From Rotaria sordida (taxonomy: Eukaryota), in NCBI GenBank assembly GCA_905250005.1, contig CAJNOH010000675.1:1-64000 (forward strand): DNA of 64,000 bases. Reading direction: 5' to 3'. The translations under genes and the position numbers were made by a program. The first letter of the stretch is position 1. Each line of letters begins with the position of its first letter. This document shows positions 32,973 to 46,169 of the stretch, piece after piece. The notes under the pieces are model-generated. The model was not told the origin of the DNA and searched no databases. It worked only from the letters and a program-made list of their open reading frames with translations.

Positions 32973-33984
32973 TAAATTTCCTCTTTTTTTTTTTCTTCTT
33001 CTTCTGTCTCTCTCTCTTTTGCTTGTGATAGTTATCATTCATTCCTCTTTTTCAAAATCAGGCTACGAGCAGATACCCCGGTGTATGTGCATGAAGTATA
33101 AAAAAAAAAAAAAAGAGACAAACATAGAGAGAGAGGGAAATCGTGTATTTGCTTTTCATTTTTATTTACTATTCATTGTTTTGTTTTTTTTTTTTTCGTC
33201 AGTCATTTCTGTCTCGTCTTTTTTTTTTTTTCTTCTGTACTTATAACTTGTTCAGTTTTTCAAGATAAAGACAGATGGAGAAACAACATATTTAAATTTT
33301 AAGATGTCAAAATGAATATATAATTTGACACGCAATAACATTATTCATTGATAAAAAAAAAAAAAAATTTGTTTTATTTGTTTGACTGAACTTTCATTTA
33401 AAATGCATTGTTTAAACATTTTCCTTACTTTTTTGTTTCTTTTTCTCCTTCAAAGACAAAAAAAAAAAATTTAATCAATGATTAATTATCAAAATCTAGT
33501 TATGTTGATTCACAAAAAAAAAAGAAAAAATTTAAAAGAAGATAAAAAAAAAAACCCATTGATTGGCAATTTTATTGCACTAAAGTATATTTGTTTTTGA
33601 ATATTTCATATGACATTTATTGACAGAGATATAATTGATTTTTTTTTATATTCTACTAAAAAAAAAAAAAAAAAAAAAAAAAGGAAGAAGAAAATCGTTC
33701 TTTCATGTTCTTTCATCTAAATTAGAAGTACTTTTAACGTTAATGTGTATTCAATTAAATCTCGAACTCTTGACAGTCAATTAAACAATAGATATTCTAT
33801 ATCTTTTACTTAATTCAAATGAAATTATTTCAATGAGCTACTAAATTTTAATAAAATGTAAACAAAAGAAATCTAGTTTATACAGTGAAATGATAGAATT
33901 TTTTTGTCAAATGAATGTTTATTAATAAAAATATTGTTCATTGTACTTTTATGATATTTTATTTTTAATGATGCCGATACATCT

Positions 33985-34221
33985 TCAAAAATGTGTTATT
34001 ATTTGGCCAATATCTTTATAACCATAAGCATTTTGTGCCAACATTGAACATTGTTGTTGAGAATAACATAAATATGGTGATGTTTGTTGTCGTCCGGGAT
34101 AATATAATTGTTGAGAATATAATGAATTAAATGTTGGATGTCGTTGTTTTTGTTGTTGTTGTTGATAACAATTAGGAAAACAATTATTATTATAACATGA
34201 ATAGGTTGAACATTGTTGGGA
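33985..34221 (-). CDS. small Q/C/Y-rich protein, exon 2 (stop TGA)
   Basis: Acceptor ttttag|. Encodes SQQCSTYSCYNNNCFPNCYQQQQKQRHPTFNSLYSQQLYYPGRQQTSPYLCYSQQQCSMLAQNAYGYKDIGQIITHF*. Followed by AATAAA. Confidence 0.35.
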   Translation of the reverse strand, partial: SQQCSTYSCYNNNCFPNCYQQQQQKQRHPTFNSLYSQQLYYPGRQQTSPYLCYSQQQCSMLAQNAYGYKDIGQIITHF

Positions 34222-34270
34222 CTAAAATAAATTTCAATTATAATATTTTCATATTAAACAAAATTTTTAC

Positions 34271-34315
34271 TTGTGGTAAAAGACTAGAACATTGTTGTTG
34301 TGGAAAGAATTGCAT
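34271..34315 (-). CDS. small Q/C/Y-rich protein, exon 1
   Basis: ATG at 34315-34313 gives MQFFPQQQCSSLLPQ, then a GTAAAA donor. The composition matches exon 2. Confidence 0.35.
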
Positions 34316-37300
34316 TGTTTGATGTATAATATGTATATGATACAGAAATGTTTTTTTATAATAAAAATATTGCCTTTATATAGTCGAACTTTGATAATTA
34401 TTATATGAAAATGATAAGGTCAAAGGTTATTTTTTTATTGCTATTAGCAATTTCACTTTTTATCAAATAAAATATATTAATCATGATGTTCGATATTAAG
34501 TGTGAGAACAATCTTTAATATATACACATATATGAATTTGATATAATTGAGTGAGATAAAAATCTCTGATAAAGTATTGATGACACATTTTTTGACAAAA
34601 AGACGAAACAAATGATCATGACAAAAAATTTAAGATAAATAAGAAATTTATTTTATGTGTTAATGAATAATAGAAATCACGAGCAAATATTAAAAATAAC
34701 ATTGTTTACATAATTGAAATATTCAAATCAATCGTGCAGAACGATCATATGACACAAAAAAAAAAATTGTTATTTTAGTACATTCATATGATTTATATAT
34801 TTCTCATCTTTATTTTTTCTTCCTTTATTTAATTGATTATTTCATATTTAAATAATTAACTAACAATTAAAAGAAAATTCAATGAAATTAGATACTTGAC
34901 ATATTATTCAAATTTAAAATATATTTTATTGATATTAAAAAATATTGTAATGAGAAATAAATACTTCTAAGAACTTGAAAATGGCAAAAAATATTATAAT
35001 AGACATGATCGAAAAATATAGAAAATGTCCTAAAATTTAAAATCACTTTGCAATATGAGATGCTATCTACCAATCAATTCAATACCTTCTCTACAACTAA
35101 CACTAACTGTAGGTCTGGACAGAAGGTCAGCTTGAGTTTACCGTACAAACTAATTAACCAGAAGAACAGATACATAGCACAACACATTCAGCATGCTATC
35201 GAAAAGGTGATCTGATGAAGGAATACATGTAACTGTTAATTATCGATTGAAATTATATATTTCTTGTAAATAGGAATCAGTGGGAATAGAAAAATTATGA
35301 AAGAACTTCTCTCCATAGATCTTTCTAGTGGAGTTATTAGTTTTTGTCTATAACTAGATCTCTTGTTCTTCAGTATATCCGTAAAAGTTTTAGTCGAAGC
35401 AGATGGTTTCTTCTCGATATATAGATTATTGAAGAAAAATTGACTTTATGACTTTCTGTGTGGTATATGATTGTTGTATTGAATATTCAATATTTCGAGA
35501 AGGAAATATTCGATTTGATTGAAGCTTTTAGAATATGTTAAAGATCAAGAAACTTATGAGTAAAAATTGAAGTGAAAACTCATTGTTTATATCTTGTCTA
35601 AGCTGAAAATCCGATAAAACAGTCATAACTCTTCATAAGGAAGATCTATGGAGAGAAATCTTTTTAGAATTTTTCTAGTCTCACTGAGTTTTACTTAGGC
35701 GATTACTAGTTGAATACGTTGTCTCATCAGTCATATGGATCCTATTATGACTGATTCAACTCATGTGATTCAAACAGGACAAAAACTGCTGCTAAACCGT
35801 TCGGTATAATGTGCGCTGGACCAGTTGTATTTGCCAGTAGTAATAAAAAGACCATCGGTATGCTGGCAATAAGCCAAACATAGTCCGATACTTAAACAGC
35901 CCAGCTATGTTCAGATTTCTGTGAAACGAAAATTACCAACACATAAGAAGTCTAATTTTCTAAAAAACTTTCATAATTACTAATCCATAAGAAATAAATT
36001 CTCAGAAAATTACAGGAATTTCTTTAATATTCATATAGATAAATGAAGTTATAAGTCTATGAAATATAGAAGCTCATATCCCGAACGCTGAAACTCCGAA
36101 ATGTTTCACAACATTCTTATAAGTCAGTAATTAGAGGACACCTTTAGAAATTACATTCTTAAATGTTGACAATTCTCAAACGATCGGTCATTCAATTGTG
36201 GTATACCGATAGTTCTTCGTCATTTATTAGTCGCCTATTGTAAATCTGAAGTGTATTATTCAATAGGACTGTAACAGCAAATGCTTTATTCGCATCTCGA
36301 TTATTATCTGTACTGAGTTCAGTTTTATTTTTAATATAAAAAATAAAAGAAAACTCCTGTCGGATGTGAATAATCAAAATGTACAATAAATTTTCCTTGT
36401 TGACTTGAAGCATTCGATAGAAAATCTAAGAAAAATGAATTCAATGTAAAACAGCTATTGAATAAACACTCATTACTAATCATAAAGTAAAAGCATTATA
36501 ATAAATTATATAAAAATCAAACAAAGAAATTTTTATTTCTTCGCTAATGTTGTTTTTTTGGGTAATTAGATAAAATATCTCTATCGAAAAATTATATCAT
36601 TTTGCGATGTTTTATTCAATTCAATGTTTTCTTTCTTTTCTGCTAAATTCTGTTTAATACATAACAATAGAAATCTTGTGAAATATACCAGATGGTAGAG
36701 TAAATTAAGATTAAATAAATATATTCAATCTATTATATTAATTTTCTATGCAATAATATTTTGAATTCAATATGTCTTAAGATTTAGTTAATTATGAAAA
36801 GATATTAAACACAAGAAAAACTCTTGATGCTTTTGAAATATTAACAACAATGAGAACGAATAATGATTTATATATGACAAACACAAGTTTCTGAGAATGA
36901 ATGATTAAAATAAAAAAAAACAAACATAGAATCACTTCAAAATTCTATTCAATCTTTATACTTATAAATCAAAGGTTTTGCTTTTTTTTTCTATTGTTTG
37001 TTTTAATAACAAGCCGGAAAATTAAAACCTCACAAAAGAATTCAACGACTTTTATCTTCAATTTGTATATCATTTAATATATATTCTTTAGTTTCCGATT
37101 TTATTTTATATCGTTTGCATTTAAAGATGCAAAAACACTCGAAGTCTTAGAATAAGATACTACAATTATTTACAGTAAAATTCCTATAAAAAATAAGTTT
37201 ATTCTATTTATAAAAATAAAAATTTTTCCAGACAATTCAGTTTCATTCAAAAGAGTTATTACCTCAAAATCTCAAATTGTTTATATAGATTTGTTCAAAT

Positions 37301-39387
37301 TCAAATAGCGAGAATTTTATGTCAAATCTATTTTGGATTGAATGCATCCCATATCTAGAGATGTATAGTTTCAGTTTACTGACTACCACGAATCAGTGCA
37401 CGCTAAAGCATTGAAACACACTGCTACAAAAAGAATAGACTTTGATAGAGTTAATATCTTAATGTTGCAGCAAACACGGATGTCAGTGTAATCGGTGACT
37501 CATTGTTTAGTATTGACACTAATACTAAACATTTCTACCACTATCTACGCTTGTTCAATCAAGATGGAAAATAAATATATTAGTTTTTTTTTAGGCTAGT
37601 ATTTATTTGAACAATAATAATATTGGAATGGGCAATAATTAAAATACAATTTAGCAATAAAAAAACAAACTTTATTTGAGTAATTTTATATTCTTAAATG
37701 TGCAATAATTAAGTCGTTTAGTAGAAGTAGTAATTTCATATTTTAACAATAAAACTACATTATTTTATATGAATTAGAGAAATAAAAAAGTTATTTTACA
37801 ATTGAAAAAAATGAAAAAGCAATATATTATTGTGTGAATAAAGCTTTTTTTGCTTTAGATGGTCTGCCTCTTTTTATATTTTATTTTATAAAAATGGAAA
37901 AATACGTATTTGTATCTATAAATGAATTCATATTGCCCTTTGTTAACAGGTGATTGATCTAACAGATCAATACTGAACTACTGCTTTGTCACAGAAACGG
38001 TAACTATATATATATATGAATGAGCCAGAAAAAAACCAAATATCCTAGAAAGAAAACATGACGAAGAAGGGAATATACCTGAACAACATCAAGAGAAGAG
38101 AAATATTCAAGTGAGAGAAAGAAAACAAAAGATATATGTATATATCGGAGTTGATTTCAAAAATTCGGTACCCTTTTAAAGGTGACTGATTGAATTTAAA
38201 GGTCAACTAGTTGATTTTGAAATATTTTAAAGTCAATTTCGACATATATGTGTCGTACTTGCTATCTGTACGACATCATAGACATGAAAAAGATATATAA
38301 ACGAGTCACGCTATAACGCCCTTTTTATATAAAATCTACCTTATATAAAATTTACTTTTAATTTAAATAAATTATTGTTCATTCAGTATAATTATTGCTC
38401 ATTCCATATAATTATTGCTAAATTTCATTACTGCTCATTTTATTTTGTTTTATTGCTAAATATCATTATTGCTCAATTAAATATAAGTATTTTTTTTTTG
38501 TATATTCATGTATAAAGTCAAATTAGTTGAATATAATTCTTACTATTAAGTACACTGATTTTTTTTCTACAACAGAAATTAGAAATTCAGTGCCTAAAGA
38601 TCTTTAGTTATCGGATAGAAATTTTTTATTCTCTAAGGTAATAATTGAAAGTTATCTTGAGACGCTATAAGTGTATACTTTATGAAATAAGATCTAAAAG
38701 AAGTGTTGACACTTTAGAAGTAAGAATTTGAATGTCCTCCACAGACACTAGTCAGAAGTTATTCGAAATCGTATATCAATAATGTCTCATTCTAATATAT
38801 GGATTAATTTCTTATTGCATTTTAGAAGGATTAAGTAAAAAGAATGACGAAGAAGTCTGTCCTAAAATAGATAGAAGAAAACAATTTCTCTGTGATTAGC
38901 AATAACAGCTGCATTGTGTTTCACATATTCATCTCATAGGATTTGCACTAACAGCTTTTTCATATTTGTCAATAGGTTAAAGTTTCTGATTGAGGTCAAA
39001 CATTTTTCGTATGAAAAACAAAATAAGTTTTGAACAAACTTCTATGATTAATAGAAAAAAAATAAACCCATTTGAATTAATCGAAGCGAAGATATTCAGA
39101 TTTTTTTTTCTATATCGTAGTGTTATTTATGACCTACGGTGAGAGAGAGAGAGAGAGAAAAAAAAATAAAATTCAAAAATCTATTAATTATTGAGAGACT
39201 AGAAAAAAAAAACTCGAGAGAAATTCATATTAAAGTTTTCTCTTTTTCCATTTTAGCATCATTCAATACTTCATCCAATAATCAATTATCATCCCTATTA
39301 CATAAATAAACAGGTTAAAAAACATATATTTTACTAAAAAAACTAAAACAAACATATTTATTAAATCAATTTAAATTTTTAGTACTT

Positions 39388-39675
39388 ATGCATACAACAT
39401 TGATGAATACATTTTTATGTTTTTTCATCGTTATTATTAGTATAACATTTTTATCGAGTGCATTACTTGAAAATGATGAATATTCTCTTGCTGATAATGA
39501 TTGGATGGATTTTAATAGTTATTATCCAACATATAAATTTGATACTCGTGCAGTTAACTCACGATTTTGGAAACGTCTACCAGAACGTCATTTTTGGAAA
39601 CGATCACTTATTGAATCAAAAATGAACAATAATGATATGGTTAAATCTATTTTTAAACAACAAGACAAACATTAA
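39388..39675 (+). CDS. candidate secreted peptide precursor (RFW/HFW peptides flanked by KR)
   Basis: Track ORF. ATG, then a hydrophobic signal peptide FLCFFIVIISITFLSSALL, then ...AVNSRFWKRLPERHFWKRS... with two dibasic KR sites after an aromatic-W motif. Confidence 0.45.
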   Translation: MHTTLMNTFLCFFIVIISITFLSSALLENDEYSLADNDWMDFNSYYPTYKFDTRAVNSRFWKRLPERHFWKRSLIESKMNNNDMVKSIFKQQDKH

Positions 39676-40139
39676 ATTATAGAGAGAAAAAAAGAAAAAC
39701 AATAGCATTTTTTTTTTGTTTTTGTTTTTCTTTATTCAATAGACTCAATGATGCAATACTTCACCGAAGACATTAGTCTATTCATTTTGAGTATAATTAA
39801 ATAAAAAAAAAAATAAATAAAAGTAAGAACAGTTACACATACACACACAAAAAAAAATGAATTCTTGTCATTAGCTATCGATAATGTCATACAATCCATA
39901 GGGATATTCTTTGTATTATTACTGAAGCTATTAACTATCAATTGTAAAGAAAGACAATAAGAAGAATATATGACGTAGGTAATAATTCATTTAAATCATT
40001 CTTTTTTCTTTTTTTTTTGAACATTTATTCATGCATATAATAAATAAGAATCTATAACAATACATTGTCAGAAACAAAACAAAAAAGAGACAAATGTTAA
40101 TAATTGATTAATTTAGATTGAAGATTGTTTTATTTTTCA

Positions 40140-40568
40140 TTAAACAATGTGTACTGATAAAAGTGAAATCTCATCTAGACGAGAAATTTGATAGTTATTA
40201 TCCTGAATTTGTTCATGATTTGAATATTTATTTAACATATGATGTTTATAATTAGTGGATTTACCACATTGATTTTTTATATAGCTTGAACGCTTAGAGT
40301 TATGATCAATATCTGGTAATCGTTGACGAGAAGAGTCTCTACGAGAGATTGAATTTTGTTTGTTAACATCAGTAGTTCGATAAAGATGACGTATTTTAAT
40401 AATAAAATGCATGCACAATAATAATACAAATAAAACAGTTGTAACTATACCAATAATAAAAAGCAATTGACGTAAAGAATCATTCGATAATAATAATATT
40501 TCAGATGACTGTAAATGATCAACAGACAAGCGACGTTGTATATTTCTATACAATACTGTTGAAGTCAT
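40140..40568 (-). CDS. hypothetical single-pass membrane protein
   Basis: Track ORF of 142 aa with a true ATG. Has a central TM helix LLFIIGIVTTVLFVLLLCMHFII followed by a basic/Ser-rich tail. No recognisable homolog. Confidence 0.35.
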   Translation of the reverse strand: MTSTVLYRNIQRRLSVDHLQSSEILLLSNDSLRQLLFIIGIVTTVLFVLLLCMHFIIKIRHLYRTTDVNKQNSISRRDSSRQRLPDIDHNSKRSSYIKNQCGKSTNYKHHMLNKYSNHEQIQDNNYQISRLDEISLLSVHIV

Positions 40569-40826
40569 TTTCTAAAAAATATTAATAAAAATCAAATATC
40601 TATTAAACTAAAATTTAAAAATAAAAATAAAAAATGAATTTATTGAATTTTTGTTTTTCTTCTCTTATACAGTTACATATATATATATTGGAATTTTTCT
40701 ACATAAAATCAAACATTGTCATTTGACACATTATTGGTCTTTAGTCATGCAAGCACTTAAAGTTTTATTTGCTTTTTTCTATGCAAACAATAGACATTTG
40801 AGTAGCATATATGAATGAACATGTCA

Positions 40827-41015
40827 TACAGGGACGTACGCAGAAATTTTTCAAGGGAGGGGGGTCCAAGTCCTCAAGGAGGAGGGTCGTAATGGAATTT
40901 TTCAAAAATTTGTACTGTAGTACTTTTTTTTACCCGTACTCCCCCACACGAAACTTTTCTTCAAGGAGAGAGGGGGCCGGAGCCCCTCGCCCCCCCCCCT
41001 CCTGCGTACGCCGCT
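40827..41015. other. GC-rich island with terminal inverted repeat ACGTACGCAG...CTGCGTACGC
   Basis: agggacgtacgcagaaatttttcaagggaggggggtcc ... gggggccggagcccctcgcccccccccctcctgcgtacgccg. The end motifs are reverse complements, and the ~190-bp core has G-runs and C-runs unusual for this genome. Confidence 0.5.
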
Positions 41016-43559
41016 GATGTCATGTATTTATATGTGTTTATGTTTATAGATTAATCAATGTGAAATTTCACATTTCTATTGAAATCATTGATTGACATAT
41101 AAAATTCAGTTATGTTCTCTCTCAGATTATAAAATATCAACATCAATAATTTAATTTTTATTTATCGAAAATAATATCATAGTGTTAATTTTAAATCAGA
41201 TCAATTACAAAAGAAAACGAAAATTTCTTTCGAACTATATTCGACATATTTTCTTGTGAAATTGTATTTTTAAATGTGTGAAATTTATTTTTTTTGTTGC
41301 TTTCTGTGTTTTACAAAATATTTTGTTAGAGATATAGTATTATAAAAATATTGTGAAATTTCATATGAATCATTTCATGTCAACTTGTAAGGAAGTTAAA
41401 GAAAAACTTAACTTAATGACGACTGATAAAGAATATGAATAAGATTTTCTTATATGAAACTAAATTTCCTGTTATTTAAATGAATTTCTAAGATGATTTG
41501 AATAGAATCTATTAATGATAATATTTCAAATGTCAACTTCTGTGAGATTTATGTTTGACTTGACGTTATGTTTTTAATTTCTATAATGGATCATATTAAG
41601 CAATATAAGTTGACAGTACGTTAACATATAAAAAATCATTGACATAAATATTACATAAAATTCTTTTAGAAGCTTCTTATTTATAGAATATTCTTTGTAA
41701 GATTTATTTTTTATTATTATGTTGATTTTATTAAGTAGAAAACATAATATTTGATTTGATGATTAAGTAATAAAATTAACTTTATTTTATCATTGTTTAT
41801 TATTAATAAGTAAGTTAATCAGTCAAGGTTATTTCTTTTGTTTTTATATAAAATAAAAATATTTGCTTTTAAAAATATCATAATATGAAGAAAGAACGTG
41901 CGATAAAAAGTTTTCTTCGATACCTGGGAGAGACCCAAGGTGTAGAAAATTGAGTTATGATTAAATACAAAATAAACTTCTAAAAAATAGTTTGAATTCA
42001 TTAGTGTTTCTTCGATTAATAAAACCAGAGTGCATTTTTTTGGTACACCAGGTTCATAATTTGACACAAAATCTGCATGTTTTAAGGATCATGAGCTGAA
42101 AATCTTAAATGACTAAGTTCGATATTATTTTTGAGCTTTTAAGACCTTAAAATCATTGTCGTTTTCTACAAGAAACCTTTAAAACTAAAAATTATGAAAA
42201 TAGACGAGCTACAAATGAATAACTCATCATAAAACTTTGTACATGTAGATATAATAGAAGATTTGTGATCTTCTATTGAAGGGAAAGTTTAAGTTATATA
42301 AATGCAGTTTCAATACCCAAAGAATGTAACTGAAACGAAGCAGATTTTTATTCTCTAAACAACATGAGAAAACGATTTGTTTGAATTGATCTTACTTTCT
42401 TCAAATCAACTACAGATAGAACAAGATCTTATTATCCAATCTGAATGTTTCTTTTTCAAAATTGTCGATTTCAGATGTTTAATAAAAGAAGTTCATAATG
42501 AATAAAAATCATTGATTACATTTTCATAGAAAGAATATGAAAAATAATTTACATCTAATATTATAATTAAATATTTTACACAGCAAAAAAAAAACACTAT
42601 CAATCAACAATTACTTCTTTTTATATTAGAAAAAAACCCAATAGATTGGTCATAGATAATTACATTGTTAGTATTTTCCCAATGTTTCCTCTGTTCTTTA
42701 CTTGATTGAAATAATCCTTTTTGTTTTCTTGTACCAAAAGATATCGTTTGAAATTCTACACAAAATCGTATATTTGATTTAATGAATATAGTATCATCCA
42801 TAATCGTACAATAAACTTAAGTACGGAATGTAAAATATTTTTTCTTGTCAATTTTGTTTTGTAGAACATTTTGTTTCATCTATTAATATTGTCTTTATTT
42901 TTATGTGACTCTAATTCATAGTTTCCAGTAGTTCATTCCATAAACTATCGTTGAACAGATTCTGTAATCAATAATTCTTCGATATGAATACATAATAATG
43001 ATCTGTAGATCCTTTTTGACACAGTCAACTTATTTTGTGCAGATTAGTCACCGTTGATTTTTTGTCTTCATGCGATTGCAGCAGTATGCGCCTATCTTTA
43101 TACAGACAATTCGCTGCTCCTTGTGATAACTACCATCAGTTTTTTTGAAAGTGTTGCATCAAAATAGGTAAATATTTTTGAAGTCTGTTTAAACTGTCAG
43201 AATTAAGATATGAACTCTTTCTAATAAATAATTTGCATTTCAAGTAGAGAACACTCTCTGTAATTGTCTATAACTAGAATTAAAAGTCATAAGCATTACG
43301 GTCGATATACCAGCAGTGATGGTGCGAATAAACATGGATATTGACATTCTTGTCTTGTGAAGTAAGCGCCGTTATATCTGTGACATATTTAGTTTTGTTC
43401 AATACGTGTGTATGAAAGACTGTGATATTGATGAAACGAGTTTTATCTACATACTATTTGTTTACTTAGAAATTAGTCCAATTAAATTACAATAAATTTT
43501 TGTTGATTCATGATCATTCTGATATTTTAGTTTTTACTATTGTTTGTATATCTTTCAAA

Positions 43560-44520
43560 TACAGGGTCGGAAAGAATATTATTCAAGGGGGGGAAACGAT
43601 ATAATCCCGAAGAGGAGGTATGATAAATTTTATACCAAATGAAAGCCCGTGAAAAATGGGGTTTATTGATGTTAAATAGTAAGGGTTATGTAAACCTTTT
43701 AATATCGAACTTAAGAAACTTTCAGAAATTTTATACATTTTTGGGAGTAGAAAAGGAAAGTGCCAGTAATTCAAAAATGGAGTAAAATGTTTTTCTTGGA
43801 TATTTTTACATAGTTCGATAGAGCTCGTCGAGCTCTACAAAACTGTATATACTAAAAATTTTTAAACAGGATCCTTGGATTGAAATTCAATGAAAGCTGT
43901 CTAAAGAAAACACCCAAAAATCGGCATTTTATGCAGCTTTTATAGAAGAAAAAAGTGGTCTGTTTTACAATAAATTCAGTTGTTTTCCATTAGTGTCCTT
44001 ATATAATATGTTTGAAAATATATTCATTCGGTGCAGTTTTTCACGCTGCATCGAATGAGTATATTTTGAAACGCCTGGGGGAGTAAAAATAACCAAAAAA
44101 GCTAATTTTATTGCAAAGTCGAGTGTTTTTCTTCAATATCAAAAATATCAGTTTTTTTGCGTTTTTTAAGATTTTCCGAATAGTTTTTTGAACTTTTTAT
44201 CACAGAAAAGTAGCTTAAAAAATTGTTAGTATATACAGTCTTGTAGAGCTCGACGAGCTCTATCGAACTATGTAAAAATATCCAAGAAAAACATTTTACT
44301 CCATTTTTAAATTACTAGCACTTTACTTTTCTACTCCCAAAAATGTATAAAATTTCTGAAAGTTTCTTAAGTTCGATATTAAAAGGTTTACATAACCCTT
44401 ACTATTTAACATCAATAAACCCCATTTTTCACGGGCTTTCATTTGGTATAAAATTTATCATACCTCCTATTCGGGATTATATCGTTACCCCCCTTGAATA
44501 ATATTCTTTCCGACCCTGTA
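43560..44520. repeat. foldback palindromic element, ~960 bp, intergenic
   Basis: acagggtcggaaagaatattattcaagggggg at 43560 is mirrored by ccccccttgaataatattctttccgaccctgt at 44488-44520. The arms are complementary throughout, and the centre carries the palindrome gagctcgtcgagctc. Confidence 0.85.
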
Positions 44521-46169
44521 TATCTTAAATATTTTTTGGATTTTATCGTGTATGATTTTGTAGAAAATTTCAAACGCTATCTTTTGATAGAAAAAAGTAT
44601 TTGAATATAGAAGAAGAATTTTTGAAAATATTAACAATGCAATTATATATGATCCATCCGATCTATATTTATATTCTGTAAACTTACACTGTACTAATAA
44701 GATTAATGAATAGATTATTGATAAAGATTTTCAAATAGATTAACCTATAAATCTAATATTATTTAACAATTTCAATCATTCGAAACTCTTATATGAATTC
44801 TACGTATAAAAATGAAACACTTCTATATTTAGCTGTTGTTAATCGTGCATAAAAAATAGAAATATAAGCGTATGAAATGATTACATTTTCTCTCAAAATC
44901 AAAAAATGTTTATATTCAAATGATGTGACATCTCACCCATCATTACAATTTTCTATCGTAAAAAATTTCTTTTCAATAAGTAATTTTTATATATATTATA
45001 TGATAGAATTTGACATATGCCGAAGAAAAAGATATAATATGAAAACGAAGAAAAATCAAAAATTGTTTTCTTTTAATTTCCTTTTTCTTTCTTCTATAAT
45101 CTTATATTTAATCAATATATTATATGAAATCGATCAGATGAACAAAACTAGACTAGACATCGTTTTATATATGAATGCTATATAAATAAAAATAAGTTAG
45201 CATTGAATGCATCCATCTTCATAAACTAAAAAACATATTCCATAGTGAACGATCAATCAGATTTTCAAGGATCTATGTTGTTGTGTTCGAGCTAAGGTGT
45301 AAAGGTTTCTAATGTTTTTTGTTTTGTGCTATCTCTTGAGATTGAGAACAATCGAATACATTAAGAAAAAAGAAAATTCTATTTCATATCATATATATCA
45401 ACCACGAAGGTAAGAAATTCTTGATCTTGCGCGCTTGTAGTTTGTATCTCACGTTTCTCATTATTGAGAATAGAGTGCATACATTCAGACTTGTTTTTCT
45501 TTTTTTTTGGTAAGTAAAGATGTAAAGTATCATCCGATGAAAAAAATTTTAATTCATAACGGACATATGTTTTTTGTTATTCATCTAATCAATAGATGAA
45601 ACGATTCGTCTACCTTTTCAATTACTTCTCTTAACTATTGGTCCATTAATCATCATCAATTTTCCATTTCTTATGTTGTGTTTTTTTTTTTTTTTATAAC
45701 ATATGTAAATCATTCATTCAATTAATCTATCGATTCATTTTACAAATATAATCATTTTGTTTTTCTTTTGCTATAAGAGATTTCAAACGAACAAATACAA
45801 ACAAAACAAAAAAAAAATCCAATCTCATTTTGTTAACACGTTCATATTCAATTGATTATTAGTACTCTAGAAAACTATATAAAGAATCAATTATTAATCT
45901 TTTCGGAGAACTAACATAAAGAACATTTATAAAAAAAAAAGAGTGTACGAAACATGTTCTACTCATATATATTATTATATCATTCATTCATTTATATTAT
46001 AACATAGTTTTCTTTTTTGTATTATCTCTAGCAAATTGTCTTTGTTTTTTTTTTTTTTTTATTTTGTTTCTTTAAACTAATGATTGATTATTATGTCTTT
46101 CTTTCATTCTAGTTCCTACTATTAACCTATCATTATCATCGTCATCTTCTTTATTTTATAATCATTAAT

